A stretch of 25,837 bases of DNA from Candidatus Methanomethylophilaceae archaeon (lineage in GTDB: Archaea; Thermoplasmatota; Thermoplasmata; Methanomassiliicoccales; Methanomethylophilaceae). The DNA is taken from contig JBMNQN010000014.1 in NCBI GenBank assembly GCA_050944155.1, positions 1 to 25,837 on the forward strand, given 5' to 3'. A program made the position numbers and the translations under genes. Shown here piece by piece: positions 1-11,327 of this stretch (the stretch's first letter is position 1; each line of letters opens with the position of its first letter). Below the pieces are notes generated by a model. That model ran no database searches and was not told the origin of the DNA. It saw only the letters and a program-made list of their open reading frames with translations.

Positions 1-17
1 CGAACGCTTGTCCGGGT

Positions 18-407
18 ATGACTCTGGTAAGCATATCCGCGGAAGTGAATCCCAGCGAATCGGAGGATTCGGTGAGAAAGGCCGTTCTGAACATATTTCC
101 GGATGCCGAACTGGAAAGAACCGAAGAAGGGTTCAGAGGAACGGCTCCGGGTACGGATTGCTTTTCCGAACTGATAAGAAAGCAGAAAATACTCGATGCC
201 GCCAGGGCAACCCTGATCAAAGGTGCGGAAAACGGAAAAACCCGTTTTCTGCTGAACAAACAGGCGGCTTTTGCGGGCAAAGTTTCGTTTACCGACGGAA
301 GGGCCGTTCTCGGGCCAATAAAAGTCGTAATGGAGGACGGAGACATACACTCTCTCATAGACAGAATTTCTCCGTATACGATAGACGGAAAGGAAGTGAA
401 AGAATGA
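18..407 (+). CDS. UPF0201/DUF54 family RNA-binding domain protein
   Basis: 129 aa; 'V.PSE....V.KAV.NIFP', 'F.ELIR.QKILDAAR' and 'LNKQAAFAGKVSF' resemble the archaeal DUF54 family (recognised from memory); stop overlaps the next start (ATGA 404-407). Confidence 0.8.
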   Translation: MTLVSISAEVNPSESEDSVRKAVLNIFPDAELERTEEGFRGTAPGTDCFSELIRKQKILDAARATLIKGAENGKTRFLLNKQAAFAGKVSFTDGRAVLGPIKVVMEDGDIHSLIDRISPYTIDGKEVKE

Positions 408-1162
408 TAGGAATGTCGTGCACCGGATTCAGCGCCTTCTCGGTGGAAGAGATTGCGGAAAAAGTTTCGAAAAAGTTCACTCTCTGGGAAATATTTTCGG
501 AGGCCGAACACAGCATAGGAAAGAACTGGTCCAGGCTGAGAGATATCAAAAAGTCGTATAATCTGGAATTTTCCGTTCACACCCCCATCAGCGATACGAA
601 TATTGCGGCCCTTACGGACAGAATGCGGGAAGCGTCGGTTCTGGAAATGATCCACACTGCCGAAGTTTCTTCCGAAATCGGAGCAAAACTGGTGGTGGTC
701 CACCCCGGACTTTCCTCTCTCAGCGTTCCCGGAACCGAAGAGAGGGCGAAAGAACACGCCAAAAAATCCCTCAGAACCCTGGACAGAATTTCGAGAGAAT
801 ACGGAATAGTCTTTGCGGTGGAGAATATGCCGAATTTCCCTCCAATGCTGGGAAAGACCGCGGAAGAACTGGCGGAACTCATAGAGGGGACGAACCTGAG
901 CGTCTGTTTCGACATAGGACACGCAAACACCACGAATCAGATAGATTCCGTCATATCTCTGCTGGGAGACAGATTCGCAAACGTTCATCTGCACGACAAC
1001 ATGGGCGACACGGATTCGCACCTGACCGTGGGAGACGGAAACATAGATTTCCCGAAGGCAATCGACGCGCTATCCCGGTATCGGGGAAATTACATCATAG
1101 AGTCGAAAAGCTTCGAATCCGCCGTCGAATCCGCGAGAAGGTTATCCGTCCTTTTCGACTGA
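404..1162 (+). CDS. Sugar phosphate isomerase/epimerase family protein (xylose-isomerase-like TIM barrel, AP endonuclease 2 superfamily)
   Basis: Motifs SVHTP, VVVHPG, AVENMP, CFDIGHAN, HLHDN..D.HL..GDG.IDF, IIE; true start is ATG 404 overlapping the upstream stop, not the TTG at 8. Confidence 0.85.
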   Translation: MIGMSCTGFSAFSVEEIAEKVSKKFTLWEIFSEAEHSIGKNWSRLRDIKKSYNLEFSVHTPISDTNIAALTDRMREASVLEMIHTAEVSSEIGAKLVVVHPGLSSLSVPGTEERAKEHAKKSLRTLDRISREYGIVFAVENMPNFPPMLGKTAEELAELIEGTNLSVCFDIGHANTTNQIDSVISLLGDRFANVHLHDNMGDTDSHLTVGDGNIDFPKAIDALSRYRGNYIIESKSFESAVESARRLSVLFD

Positions 1163-2242
1163 CGGGGGAAGGACCGGCTGGTCTCCGAAGTTCTTTGCGA
1201 ACCCGTATCCCTTGTACGCAAGTATTACGAGCGAAACGATTCCCGCCGCCATGAGAACGAGCAGCATCAGGCCTCCGAACAGCGGATATCCGGCCCAGTA
1301 GAAGACCGAAGCGTAATCGTTGATCAGGTGCAGCATTATGGCCGCATGGAGTCCGAATTTTACGTAAAGATATCCGCAGCCCAGCCCGAAAATTGCCGCG
1401 GGAATCACTTTGATATACCCCCATCCTTCCATATGTGCGAATCCGAAAACCAGGGCGGAAATAATCATCAGAACCATCGAAACCTTGCTCATTCCGAATC
1501 CGCCCCATAGATTGAGCCAGGAATCTTTTTTTCCGTTTACGGCGGCGATTATCGCCATGGGAACGCCTATGATGAGCATCCTGGAAACGATCTCTTCCCA
1601 TACTCCCGCGCTGGCGAGAACGAACATCTGAAGCCTCACGTCGATATCGTCCGTCGGCGGGGTATCCATGACATCTCCGGTGAGAAAAGAAATGAGATAA
1701 ACCATAATCAGATGCAGCAGAATCAGCCCCGGCCACATGACGGCGACCCAGAACGGGCTGGTCTTTGTTATCTTTTCCTCGTCTTTCAGAGATTTCAGAC
1801 TTCCCGTATGAGTTATCAGTTCCTTAACGGAAATGGAAAAACTCATGATTATCATGAACACCAGAAATACCCAGTAAAGCTGGGTTCCGGCACCCGAGAA
1901 TACTAAAAACGCGTAGGGGTACGGTACGAGAATGAACAGTGCGTAGGATATCGATCCGACGAAATCCAGAACGTCGAAGAATCCGACGGCTATTATCAGT
2001 ATGTCCGCTATCGCATAGATGCTTACGAACAGGAACAGAAGAAACGACAGTTTGAACATAAGGCCGCTTTTCTTGGGAGGTTCGTACGGAACGTACAGAC
2101 GTCTGCCGCAGTTTCCGCAGAATGCCGCTCCGTTGCGACGATAACCGTCGCACTCCGGACAGTCGAGCATGTTTCCGCATGCCCCGCAGAACGAGGCTCC
2201 TTCTTCTCTGTATTTCCGGCATTCGGGACAGTTGTCATCCAT
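1142..2242 (-). CDS. CPBP (CAAX/Abi) family intramembrane glutamic endopeptidase with N-terminal double zinc ribbon
   Basis: EEIVSR, FGFAH and HLIND catalytic motifs; many hydrophobic TM segments; two CPEC-x9-FCGxCG repeats at the N-terminus. Confidence 0.85.
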   Translation of the reverse strand: MDDNCPECRKYREEGASFCGACGNMLDCPECDGYRRNGAAFCGNCGRRLYVPYEPPKKSGLMFKLSFLLFLFVSIYAIADILIIAVGFFDVLDFVGSISYALFILVPYPYAFLVFSGAGTQLYWVFLVFMIIMSFSISVKELITHTGSLKSLKDEEKITKTSPFWVAVMWPGLILLHLIMVYLISFLTGDVMDTPPTDDIDVRLQMFVLASAGVWEEIVSRMLIIGVPMAIIAAVNGKKDSWLNLWGGFGMSKVSMVLMIISALVFGFAHMEGWGYIKVIPAAIFGLGCGYLYVKFGLHAAIMLHLINDYASVFYWAGYPLFGGLMLLVLMAAGIVSLVILAYKGYGFAKNFGDQPVLPPSVEKDG

Positions 2243-2849
2243 GGGAATTCTCCAGCAGTTTTATCAGATTCTCCGTGCGTTCGGAGTCTATAACGGCCAG
2301 GGTACGGCCGCCTTTTCCGCAGATTTCCCTGAGTCTGAGGAACATGTGTCTTTCCCTGATCAGGGCCATCTCTCTGAAACCCTTCGAACTGTTGACGAAG
2401 ATGTCCCATTCTTTCATAAAATTTTCCGGAGAAGACATGTCGAATTTCTTCTTCATAGCCTTTTTGGCGAGTCTGTGCTCCTTCACGAACTCCCACGGGC
2501 TGACGGTTTCGCAGTAAATTTCCGTGTAGATAGCGTCGTTCATGTCCAGGGCGTTGATTTCCGCGGAATGTTCGTCGCACAGATCTACGGCAACGCACCA
2601 CGCGGGAGCCGGAACTTCCACCGTACCGAAATCCGAGAGTCTGTGCGCTAGGACGATTTCCAGTTCTCCCGGCTCGTACTCTTCGGCGGTCTCTCTGTGT
2701 CTGACCCCTTCGATTTCTTCGGGACTCAGCGACACGCAGTATCTGTCGTAATTTCCGAATGCGTTTCTTACGGCGTCTCCTCCGGCGGAAAGCCCTCTGA
2801 CCACGGGCAGAATATCAAGAATTCCGTCCCCCAGTCTAAGGGTTATCAT
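2235..2849 (-). CDS. Hypothetical protein (204 aa), possibly distantly TraB-like
   Basis: Globular-looking ORF overlapping both neighbours (ATGA 2846-2849; 8-nt overlap with CPBP gene); function not established. Confidence 0.7.
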   Translation of the reverse strand: MITLRLGDGILDILPVVRGLSAGGDAVRNAFGNYDRYCVSLSPEEIEGVRHRETAEEYEPGELEIVLAHRLSDFGTVEVPAPAWCVAVDLCDEHSAEINALDMNDAIYTEIYCETVSPWEFVKEHRLAKKAMKKKFDMSSPENFMKEWDIFVNSSKGFREMALIRERHMFLRLREICGKGGRTLAVIDSERTENLIKLLENSHG

Positions 2850-3793
2850 CTCTTTGTGCTCCTGGAAAGCACAAGGTCCGTCAGGGTTCCGCTTTCGTCC
2901 ATCTTTTTCAGTTCTTTGTTGGAAACCACGGCGGTTTTGTTGATGTTTTCCCTGGCGGGTTCACTGTCCACAATAACTACGGAAAGACGTCCCACCAAAT
3001 CGGATATTTCGGAAGCGATGAGAGCTCTCTGCATCAGTTTTTCGTCGTTGGACCCCGCTCCCGTCAGAATGAGAACGTCGTCCACTCTGGACAGGGCGTC
3101 GAAAGGACTTTTCGCCAAAGGAGTGATGCTGAATCCGATTTCCATAAGTTTGTTCATAACTTCGGAACCGGTGCGGACGTCTCCGCTGAGTTCGTGTTTT
3201 CCGACCGAAGACCCGGTTCTGTATCCGAAGGGATTCAGGGGCATTATTATGGGCATGTCGAAGAACTCCTCGATGCGCAGGGCCGCGTCGATCATGGCCC
3301 CCATTCCGGATTCGTACATCTGAATGGTTCTTCTCGAAACTCCGGCGGTTTCCGCCAGAACCCCCAGACTTATTCCGGATCTTTCCCTTATTTCTCTGAG
3401 AAGTTCTCCGTCAAGTTTCACGTAAAGGCCGCCGGGAGCGGCGTATATGGCCGGTGCCTCCTCCTCCAATATGTAGGACATCAGGGTCTCGTTGGAAATT
3501 ATCGGGACGTCGAACCTGGAATATATTATGCCTTCTTCCAAAGCTCCGGAACTGGACCTTTCGCCGATCAGAAGTGCACTGGCACTCAGCGCGTCGGAAA
3601 GAATTTTCATCTCTTCGGCGTTCTCTTTGGAAAAAGCGTCGATGTTGCTGAGAACCTTGATTATCAGAAGATTATCGTCTTTTCTGGCAACTATGTCGAA
3701 ACATATGCTGCGCAGGTTCAGCGGAGAAGATACTACGTAACCGGCCCTGGCAAGCAGGTCTCTTGTTGTGGCGATAAGGTCTTCTCTGCCCAT
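2846..3793 (-). CDS. Archaeal HTH-type transcriptional regulator (COG1395-like; nuclease-like folds flanking an XRE HTH)
   Basis: CFDIVAR..LLIIKVLSNID; YAAPGGLYVKLDG; HTH 'GISLGVLAETAGVSRRTIQMYESG'; KSPFDA. Confidence 0.85.
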   Translation of the reverse strand: MGREDLIATTRDLLARAGYVVSSPLNLRSICFDIVARKDDNLLIIKVLSNIDAFSKENAEEMKILSDALSASALLIGERSSSGALEEGIIYSRFDVPIISNETLMSYILEEEAPAIYAAPGGLYVKLDGELLREIRERSGISLGVLAETAGVSRRTIQMYESGMGAMIDAALRIEEFFDMPIIMPLNPFGYRTGSSVGKHELSGDVRTGSEVMNKLMEIGFSITPLAKSPFDALSRVDDVLILTGAGSNDEKLMQRALIASEISDLVGRLSVVIVDSEPARENINKTAVVSNKELKKMDESGTLTDLVLSRSTKR

Positions 3794-3805
3794 GGTCTTA
3801 ATAGT

Positions 3806-3824
3806 GTTTGTTCTTCTATATAAA
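3806..3824 (-). promoter_or_regulatory. TATA box plus downstream element TTTATATAGAAGAACAAAC (copy 1), promoter of the HTH operon
   Basis: TTTATATA ends about 24 nt before ATG 3793 (leaderless spacing); identical to 6686-6704. Confidence 0.75.
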
Positions 3825-3873
3825 ACAGATGTATTATCCGTTTCTGTTTCCGCGGCAATTATGGAAAGTAAGG

Positions 3874-3889
3874 GCCGGCCGGAGCCGGC
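3874..3889 (-). terminator. Possible terminator hairpin after hsp20
   Basis: GCCGGC-4nt-GCCGGC inverted repeat about 25 nt past the hsp20 stop, followed by a short pyrimidine run on the - strand. Confidence 0.35.
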
Positions 3890-3912
3890 TTAAAATGTTT
3901 TCATGCCTCGGA

Positions 3913-4389
3913 TCACTCCACGGGGATTCTTACCCCCGTCTTTTCTTTGTCCACCGCTTTGAACGTAACCTCGAGGATTCCGTTGTTGTACTCCGCTTTG
4001 GCCGAGGAAACGTCGGCCTCGCATGGCAATGCAATCCTTTTTTCGTAGGTTCTCGTGGATGTTTCGGCCGAAACCGTCAGAGAGTCGGGAGTCGCGTCGA
4101 GCATGATGCCGTCCTTGTCGGCGCCGGGTATCTCCACCACGACTCTGATCAGCCCGTTTTCCGACGTTACGTCGGTGAAGGGCTCTCTGCCGTTTCCCGC
4201 GGGAAGCTGGGATCCCGCGTTGCCGAACTCTTTGACGTGGGCGATTCCGTCGGGACCGCGGTACATCGTGTACCCGTAGGTCTGTGCGTCGGAATCCATC
4301 AGGTCCTTGAAGTCGGCGAACATTCTGTCCATTCTCCTGTTGAAGCTTTCGAATTCTCTGAACAGGCTGCTCCAAATATCTTCTGCCAT
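3913..4389 (-). CDS. hsp20: Small heat shock protein Hsp20 (alpha-crystallin family)
   Basis: YGYTMYRGPDG..HVKEFGN, REPFTDV, VVVEIPG, AEYNNGILEV, C-terminal IxI-like RIPVE; SD GAGGAG before ATG 4389. Confidence 0.92.
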   Translation of the reverse strand: MAEDIWSSLFREFESFNRRMDRMFADFKDLMDSDAQTYGYTMYRGPDGIAHVKEFGNAGSQLPAGNGREPFTDVTSENGLIRVVVEIPGADKDGIMLDATPDSLTVSAETSTRTYEKRIALPCEADVSSAKAEYNNGILEVTFKAVDKEKTGVRIPVE

Positions 4390-4394
4390 TTCAA

Positions 4395-6704
<2,310 letters not shown>

Positions 6705-6762
6705 TGTTGCTAATAATACCCGTCAAAACGCTTCGGGAATACGTGCAACGTCTGTGATTGGT

Positions 6763-6809
6763 TATATAATATTGTACACATGTATACATCAATGTACAAA
6801 ATTTAAATA
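6763..6809 (+). promoter_or_regulatory. trpB2 promoter with phased TRP-box-like sites (TGTACA) and TATA box
   Basis: TATATA 6763, TGTACA 6773, TATACA 6783, TGTACA 6793 (10-bp period); TATA TTTAAATA 6802-6809, about 23 nt before ATG 6832. Confidence 0.7.
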
Positions 6810-6831
6810 CAGTGAATGCTATTGAGCCATT

Positions 6832-8151
6832 ATGGCAATACCAAAAGATGCACGCATATCTCTCGGTGCCGAGGATATTCCCAAAAAATGGTACAATCTG
6901 GCGGCGGATCTTCCGAAACCGGTCGAACCCCCCCTGAATCCCGGTACCGGAAAACCCGTCACGCCGAAGGATTTCGAACCCATATTCTGCGATTCGATAA
7001 TAGAACAGGAAGCGACGACGAAACGTTACGTGGACATTCCGGAAGAGGTGAGGGACAACCTGATGTTCCTCAACCGTCCCTCGAATCTCCAGAGAGCCTA
7101 CAGACTGGAAAAATATCTGAAGACTCCCGCTAAAATATACTTCAAGAGGGAAGACATGAGTCCTCTCGGAAGCCATAAGGGAAACACCGCGTTGGCTCAG
7201 GCGTATTACAATGCGGAGGCGGGAATACACACTCTGACCACGGAAACCGGCGCGGGGCAGTGGGGAACCGCTTTGGCCATGGTGTCCGATATTTTCGACA
7301 TAGAAACGACGGTTTTCATGGTCCGGGGAAGTTATGACCAAAAGCCGAACAGAAAAACGATAATCGAACTGTACGGCGGAAAAATATATGCGTCACCGTC
7401 CCCGCAGACCGAATTCGGAAGAAAATACCTGAAAGAACATCCCGATTCCGTAGGCTCGCTGGGTATAGCTATATCCGAAGCCTGCGAGATAGCCGCGAAA
7501 GATCCGGAAACGTGCTATTCCCTGGGAAGCGTTCTGAACCATGTTATGCTCCACCAGACAGTTATCGGACTGGAAACCATGGAACAGATGAAGGCGGCGG
7601 AAATCGAACCCGACGTCATGATCGCGTGTGCCGGCGGAGGTTCCAACTTCGGCGGATTCTGCTTCCCCATGATAGGAGAAAAAATCAAAGGAAAAACCGA
7701 CTGCGAGTTCATAGCCGTGGAATCGAAAGCGAGTCCCAGCATAACCAAGGGCGAATTCCGTTACGATTTCGGAGATACCGCAGGCTTCACGCCGATGCTG
7801 ATGATGTATACCCTGGGACACAATTACGTACCCCCGTCGGTTCACGCCGGAGGTTTGAGATACCACGGAATGGCCCCTCTCGTTTCCGCCGCCGTGAACC
7901 AGGGATTCGTCGATGCCGTAGCATACGATCAGACCGAAACCTTCGAAGCGGGAGCGCTGTTCGCAAGAACCGAAGGCATAGTTCCGGCGCCGGAATCTTC
8001 CCACGCCATCAAGGCGGCGGTGGACGAGGCACTGAAATGCAAAGAGACCGGAGAAGAGAAGACGATAGTGTTCTGCCTTTCCGGCCACGGCATGCTGGAC
8101 CTTTACGGATACGCCAAATACCTGGACGGAAGCATGGAGCACTCCGGCTGA
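6832..8151 (+). CDS. trpB2: TrpB-like PLP-dependent enzyme (tryptophan synthase beta chain 2)
   Basis: KKWYNL..DLP, GSHKGNTA (PLP lysine), TTETGAGQWG, GGGSNFGG, HAGGLRYHG, PAPESSHA, LSGHG; no trpA adjacent. Confidence 0.95.
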   Translation: MAIPKDARISLGAEDIPKKWYNLAADLPKPVEPPLNPGTGKPVTPKDFEPIFCDSIIEQEATTKRYVDIPEEVRDNLMFLNRPSNLQRAYRLEKYLKTPAKIYFKREDMSPLGSHKGNTALAQAYYNAEAGIHTLTTETGAGQWGTALAMVSDIFDIETTVFMVRGSYDQKPNRKTIIELYGGKIYASPSPQTEFGRKYLKEHPDSVGSLGIAISEACEIAAKDPETCYSLGSVLNHVMLHQTVIGLETMEQMKAAEIEPDVMIACAGGGSNFGGFCFPMIGEKIKGKTDCEFIAVESKASPSITKGEFRYDFGDTAGFTPMLMMYTLGHNYVPPSVHAGGLRYHGMAPLVSAAVNQGFVDAVAYDQTETFEAGALFARTEGIVPAPESSHAIKAAVDEALKCKETGEEKTIVFCLSGHGMLDLYGYAKYLDGSMEHSG

Positions 8152-8173
8152 AACCAAACCCTTTTCCCTTTTT
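8151..8173 (+). terminator. Oligo-T/pyrimidine tract after trpB2 (archaeal-type terminator)
   Basis: CCCTTTTCCCTTTT just after the stop, in a convergent gap. Confidence 0.45.
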
Positions 8174-8194
8174 CCCGGGGAAGATACCGGAGAA

Positions 8195-8992
8195 TCATCC
8201 GAGAACGTCGGACATTTCGTAAACGACGCCCTTCTTCTGGGAGACGACCCATTTCGCGGCCATTACCGCCCCGCCCACGAAGATTTCCCTGGAGTGGGCC
8301 TGGTGGCGCAGCTCGATGCGTTCGGAGTTGCCTATGAACATGACGGTGTGGTCCCCTACGATGTCCCCTCCCCTGACGGCATGGATTCCGATCTCTTTCC
8401 CGCGGGGACAGATGCCCTCGCGTCCGAAGACGAATTCTTTGCCGCCCAGCTCCTTGCTGATTATTTCCGCGGCGGTCATGGCGGTACCGCTGGGAGCGTC
8501 CTTCTTCTGGTTGTGGTGGGCTTCGATTATCTCGATGTCGTATTCGCCGAGGTACTTCGCGGCTTCGCGGACGAGCTTGAAGAACACTCCTACCCCAATG
8601 GAATAATTGGACGAGATTACGGCGGCCACTTTGTTTTTGATTACAGCGTTTGTTATCTCGGTTTTCTGTTCCGCTGTAAGTCCCGTGGTTCCTATGATCA
8701 GGTTGACTCCCGCGGCAGCGGCGACGGGTGCGTTTACGGCGGTAGCCGCTGCGATGGTGAAATCTATGAGCACGTCCGTTTTCGTCTCTTTAAGGACCGA
8801 AGCGAGGTTTTTGGGGTCGGATACGGGAACGCCGAGTTTTCCAACGTTGACGACTTCTCCGATGTCCTTCCCGGTGTTGACGAGATCGAAAGCGGCCGAT
8901 ACGGTCAGACCCTCGGTCGCAAGGATACGGCGTATTATGAGGCTGCCCATCCTTCCGCAGGCACCCACCAATGCGATTCTCGTTTTGCTCAC
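8195..8992 (-). CDS. dapB: 4-hydroxy-tetrahydrodipicolinate reductase
   Basis: GACGRMG, IDFT, IIGTTG, EAHHNQKKDAPSGTA, VRGGDIVGDH; likely start is GTG 8992 after SD GAGGTG. Confidence 0.95.
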   Translation of the reverse strand: MSKTRIALVGACGRMGSLIIRRILATEGLTVSAAFDLVNTGKDIGEVVNVGKLGVPVSDPKNLASVLKETKTDVLIDFTIAAATAVNAPVAAAAGVNLIIGTTGLTAEQKTEITNAVIKNKVAAVISSNYSIGVGVFFKLVREAAKYLGEYDIEIIEAHHNQKKDAPSGTAMTAAEIISKELGGKEFVFGREGICPRGKEIGIHAVRGGDIVGDHTVMFIGNSERIELRHQAHSREIFVGGAVMAAKWVVSQKKGVVYEMSDVLG

Positions 8993-9118
8993 CGGAGCAC
9001 CTCTTCTTTTACGATGACGTTTGTGCACATAAGCATCGAATCGCAATCCTGATTGGAATATATAACGGGTGCGCGAATCCTCAAAACCTTATAATAACCG
9101 GTATCGGTACTTCCGGAC

Positions 9119-10168
9119 ATGGCGGGCGAGCTAAGGGAAGATTCGGTATTCGTATCCGATCAGAAGGAAGGCAGCCGTCTGTACAACAAAGGGAACTACG
9201 GCTATCCGCGCAGCGGAGGCAGTCTGGAACTCGATCTGATGGAAGCCCAGTATCTTCTGGAAAGCAACCGTCTGGAAGTGGAAAAGGACGGAAAACCCGT
9301 AGGTTTCGAAGAACTTTTCAGACATTCCTCCATGGCGGTGGAAGGTTTCGACATCAAATATCTGGTTTACAGGGACCTGAGATCCCGGGGTTTCATCGTC
9401 AAAACGGAATCGGGAAGGTTCGACATGTCGGTCTTCCCCAGGGGAATGACGCTGAGCAATTCCCGTCCCGAATTCCTCGTGAGGGCGGTATCCGAACGCT
9501 CCGCACTGGATATAAGCGACTTCTCCAGCGAACTGACCCAGACCGAAAAAAAAGGAAAGGAACTTCTGTACGGGGTTGCCGACGAAGAGGGCGACGTGAC
9601 GTATTACAGGATGTCCACGCGCAATCCCGGCGGGAACGTTCATGCCGACACCTCGGGGAAAAAGACATCGGGAGTCCTGATAAGCGACCGTGTTTTCGTT
9701 TTCGACGAAAACGACCGTGCGGTACTGAAAGAGATGGGATTCTTCGGTAAAGAAGTCGGAAATTCCGTGCAGCTTTCCCTGATAGAAAGCTGCTATCTGG
9801 CGGAACGCGGAGCCCTCAAGGTAATAAATCCGGAGGGAAAAAACGTAAGTGCCGGCGCCCTGAAGAAACTGGGTTCGGAATCCCAGGGTGATTTCGATTT
9901 ACGCATTTCCGCATACTACGATCTGAGGGAGAGGGGCATGGTCGTAAAGACCGGATTCAAATACGGGACCCATTTCAGGGTCTACGAAGGGTCTCCCGAC
10001 GACAGCCACGCACGTTATCTGGTACATGCGGTTTCCGCTTCCGACGTGACCATGTGGCCCGAGATTTCGAGAACCGTACGTCTTTCGGGCGGAGTCAGAA
10101 AAGACATCCTGTTCTGCAGAATCAGCGACTCCGTGGAATATCTGGAATTCAAATGGTTCAGACCTTAA
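9119..10168 (+). CDS. endA: tRNA-splicing endonuclease (tRNA-intron lyase), two-repeat homodimeric type
   Basis: Internal duplication; YLVYRDLRSRGFIVK; catalytic repeat VKTGFKYGTHFRVY....HARY and GVRK; TATA-like CTTATAAT about 24 nt upstream. Confidence 0.93.
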   Translation: MAGELREDSVFVSDQKEGSRLYNKGNYGYPRSGGSLELDLMEAQYLLESNRLEVEKDGKPVGFEELFRHSSMAVEGFDIKYLVYRDLRSRGFIVKTESGRFDMSVFPRGMTLSNSRPEFLVRAVSERSALDISDFSSELTQTEKKGKELLYGVADEEGDVTYYRMSTRNPGGNVHADTSGKKTSGVLISDRVFVFDENDRAVLKEMGFFGKEVGNSVQLSLIESCYLAERGALKVINPEGKNVSAGALKKLGSESQGDFDLRISAYYDLRERGMVVKTGFKYGTHFRVYEGSPDDSHARYLVHAVSASDVTMWPEISRTVRLSGGVRKDILFCRISDSVEYLEFKWFRP

Positions 10169-10204
10169 AGAAAAAATAAACCGGCGTTTCCGCCGTAATT
10201 TGTT

Positions 10205-11137
10205 TCAGAGCTGGATTTCGATTCCCAGCTTTTCCGTGAGTTCTTTGTACCTGTTCCTGATGGTGACTTCGGTGACTCCGGCAACGTCCGCCACTTCCCT
10301 CTGGGTCCTGCGTTCGTTGCACAGTATCGATGATATGTAAATCGCCGCCGCGGCCACGCCGGTGGGTCCTCTTCCGGAAGTGAGTTCCTTCTCGGAAGCG
10401 TCCTTCAGGATTTCCGCCGCTTTGCTCTGAACCTCTCCGCTGAGTTTGAGTTCGGAGCAGAATCTCTGCACGTAATCCTGTGGTTTGGTGGGCATCAGCT
10501 TGAGCTTCAGCTCGCGGGTCATGAACCTGTAAGTACGTCCGATTTCCTTGCGTCCTACTCTGCTGGCACTTGCCACTTCGTCCAGAGTTCTGGGAACTCC
10601 GCACTGCCTGCACGCAGCATAGAGAGAAGCCGCTACCACGCCTTCGATGGAACGTCCTCTGATCAGGTTTTTGTTGACGGCTTTTCTGTAAATCATCGCC
10701 GCGGTTTCCCTGACGTTTCTGGGAAGTCCCATGGCCGACGCCATTCTGTCAAGCTCGGACAGGGCGAAAGCGAGGTTTCTTTCCGTTGCGTTGGAAACAC
10801 GGATTCTTCTCTGCCATTTTCTCAGTCTGTAAAGCTGAGCTCTGTTTCTTGTGGGAATGCTTTTCCCGTAACTGTCTTTGTTTTTCCAGGATATTTCCGT
10901 AGAAAGCCCTTTGTCGTGTATCGTATAGGTCATGGGGGCGCCGGTACGCGCTCTCTTTTCGCCCTGCTCTACGTCGAATGCCCTCCATTCGGGCCCCTGG
11001 TCGATGAACTGGTCGTCAAGAACGAGTCCGCAGTCTTCGCAGATAAGTTCTCCCCGTTCGTAGTCCCTTACGAGATGGTGGCTTTTGCACTCGGGGCAGA
11101 CCTCGATTTCCTCAGTGCTTTCTTTTTCTTTTGTCAT
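10205..11137 (-). CDS. tfb: Transcription initiation factor IIB
   Basis: Zinc ribbon CPEC...[22 protein letters not shown], two cyclin repeats, C-terminal [13 protein letters not shown]. Confidence 0.97.
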   Translation of the reverse strand: MTKEKESTEEIEVCPECKSHHLVRDYERGELICEDCGLVLDDQFIDQGPEWRAFDVEQGEKRARTGAPMTYTIHDKGLSTEISWKNKDSYGKSIPTRNRAQLYRLRKWQRRIRVSNATERNLAFALSELDRMASAMGLPRNVRETAAMIYRKAVNKNLIRGRSIEGVVAASLYAACRQCGVPRTLDEVASASRVGRKEIGRTYRFMTRELKLKLMPTKPQDYVQRFCSELKLSGEVQSKAAEILKDASEKELTSGRGPTGVAAAAIYISSILCNERRTQREVADVAGVTEVTIRNRYKELTEKLGIEIQL

Positions 11138-11327
11138 GCTGTTTCACCCCTCGGGTGTATGCAAACGGACCAATCGGCTCCGATACGGCCGTTCCGTATG
11201 CGGACGGTTCTGCCAATTCTTCCCTCAGTCTGTAGAACGTCGAATTTCCCATCTCCGGAAATGCGGAAGCAGAAACAAATGCTTCGGATTCAGAAGTTGT
11301 CTTTTCCGCGTTTCCCAAAAAACCCAT
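11112..11327 (-). pseudogene. gar1: Probable degenerate H/ACA RNP protein Gar1/Naf1 gene
   Basis: Occupies the usual gar1-tfb position; starts 'MGFLG....T.....V.A...PE.GN..F'; Gar1-like 'RIGRTVRI' appears only in a shifted frame; the FGPV..PY motif is absent; basic tail overlaps the tfb start. Confidence 0.5.

Noticed and set aside
1-21. Possible 3' end of an upstream gene (TGA 19-21 overlapping ATG 18)
   Set aside because: Too short to identify
8-403. N-terminal extension of the TIM-barrel ORF
   Set aside because: Out-of-frame read through the DUF54 gene; the true start is ATG 404
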